Shown: in pieces, positions 63,201 to 64,000 of the stretch
How the letters are laid out: the number at the start of each line of letters is the position of its first letter
Numbering within the stretch: the stretch's first letter is position 1
NCBI GenBank assembly: GCA_043228905.1
Contig: JBHGNT010000009.1
Span: forward strand, 11,346,001-11,410,000
Reading direction: 5' to 3'
Length of the DNA stretch: 64,000 nt
Source: Azolla caroliniana
Lineage: Eukaryota > Plantae > Polypodiophyta
Position numbers and translations under genes: made by a program
The notes under the pieces: model-generated
What the model was told of the DNA's origin: nothing
Databases searched by the model: none
The model's input: the letters and a program-made list of their open reading frames with translations, nothing else

Positions 63201-64000
63201 CCAAATCAGACTCATCGTTATTCGTTTGGGAAGGTCGACATGGACCAGTTTGTCTTTTACTTTATGTTGATGATTTAGTCATCGTCGGTGCCGACCTAGA
63301 AGAAATATGCCGTATAAAGTCTCAGCTTGCAGCATCGTTCGAAATGAAGGATTTTGGCGATCTTCATTACTTCCTTGGGATTGAAGTGATCTGTTCCCCT
63401 GAAGGCATATTATTAGAGACATGTACTAAAGTAAGCATTAGATAAGGATAGATCTAGGTAGATAGAAAGAAAGGAGAGAGAGAAAGAAGGGTGCCGATCC
63501 ACCTGACCACCCCTGAGCGAAGGGATCGAGACGGACTCGAGCCTCGATCTGCGTCCCATACCACCGCCGTGGCGTCGAGTCATACCTGGTGTTGGCGCGC
63601 TCGCTACAAGAGTTGACCTACCACAAGACAGAGTCTCGACGTAGTCAACAAGATAATCAAATGAGGGTAGCTAGGCCTCTATTTATAGCGATACCCAAGG
63701 CCCCCAGCCATGTTCACACTTGGCCTAATGGGTTGTCTCAATCCCGAGGATTTAAAAGTAATCCTCCCCTTCTTTACACTCTCATTTAACCCTCGCACTT
63801 ATCCACGTGTATAGAATACTACGGTAAATTCTCACCACGAGATATTATATGGTCATGCCCGTAACACATATTGATCAGTCAGTGTCATTACACGTTGAAT
63901 ATACTCTTCGAGTTCAGGATGGCAGATTGTAAGCCCATCTCGACCCCTCTAGATAGAAACGTAAAGCTTCATCGAGATTCGGGAAAGGCGTGCGACCCAA
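60233..64000 (+). mobile_element. Element L: decayed Ty1/Copia (LTR stub 60233-60267, Met PBS 60268-60278, gag-pol pseudogene from 60369) running off the window
   Basis: TGGTATCAGAG PBS; [25 protein letters not shown] and LYVDD motifs; many stops and deletions. Confidence 0.9.
63411..63866 (-). repeat. Solo LTR inserted in L RT
   Basis: Perfect TSD CATAT on both sides, TATTA(TGTTA)...TAACA ends, minus-strand TATAAATA; the host frame EGIL|ISQ resumes. Confidence 0.85.

Overview
This is a gene-free, transposon-saturated eukaryotic window, probably from a bryophyte or other early land plant. That assignment is inferred from tRNA-Trp-primed Phygy-like and self-priming Tcn1-like Ty3/Gypsy elements. 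Bases 1-46.9 kb form one deeply nested LTR-retrotransposon stack: L1 LINE <- H <- G <- A <- B <- C, with D, E, F, I and an intact young Copia (J) also nested in it. I resolved the stack from LTR pairs, TSDs and interrupted reading frames. Bases 46.9-64 kb hold an L1 fragment, a decayed hAT transposase, an hAT MITE, an RTEX/L2-like LINE, a Tcn1 fragment, a decayed Copia and a solo LTR. The main observation is that the Athila-like element A and two non-autonomous elements (E, F) have no polypurine tract. In its place, just before the 3' LTR, they carry a conserved, covarying, sense-strand copy of a tRNA-Arg 3' half ending in CCA, which suggests tRNA-primed or tRNA-mimic-primed plus-strand synthesis. 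Three different LTR families also carry antisense tRNA-like A/B-box modules in U3, and two -1 frameshift pseudoknot signals are visible. tRNA identities and lineage names come from recalled sequences and need database confirmation.
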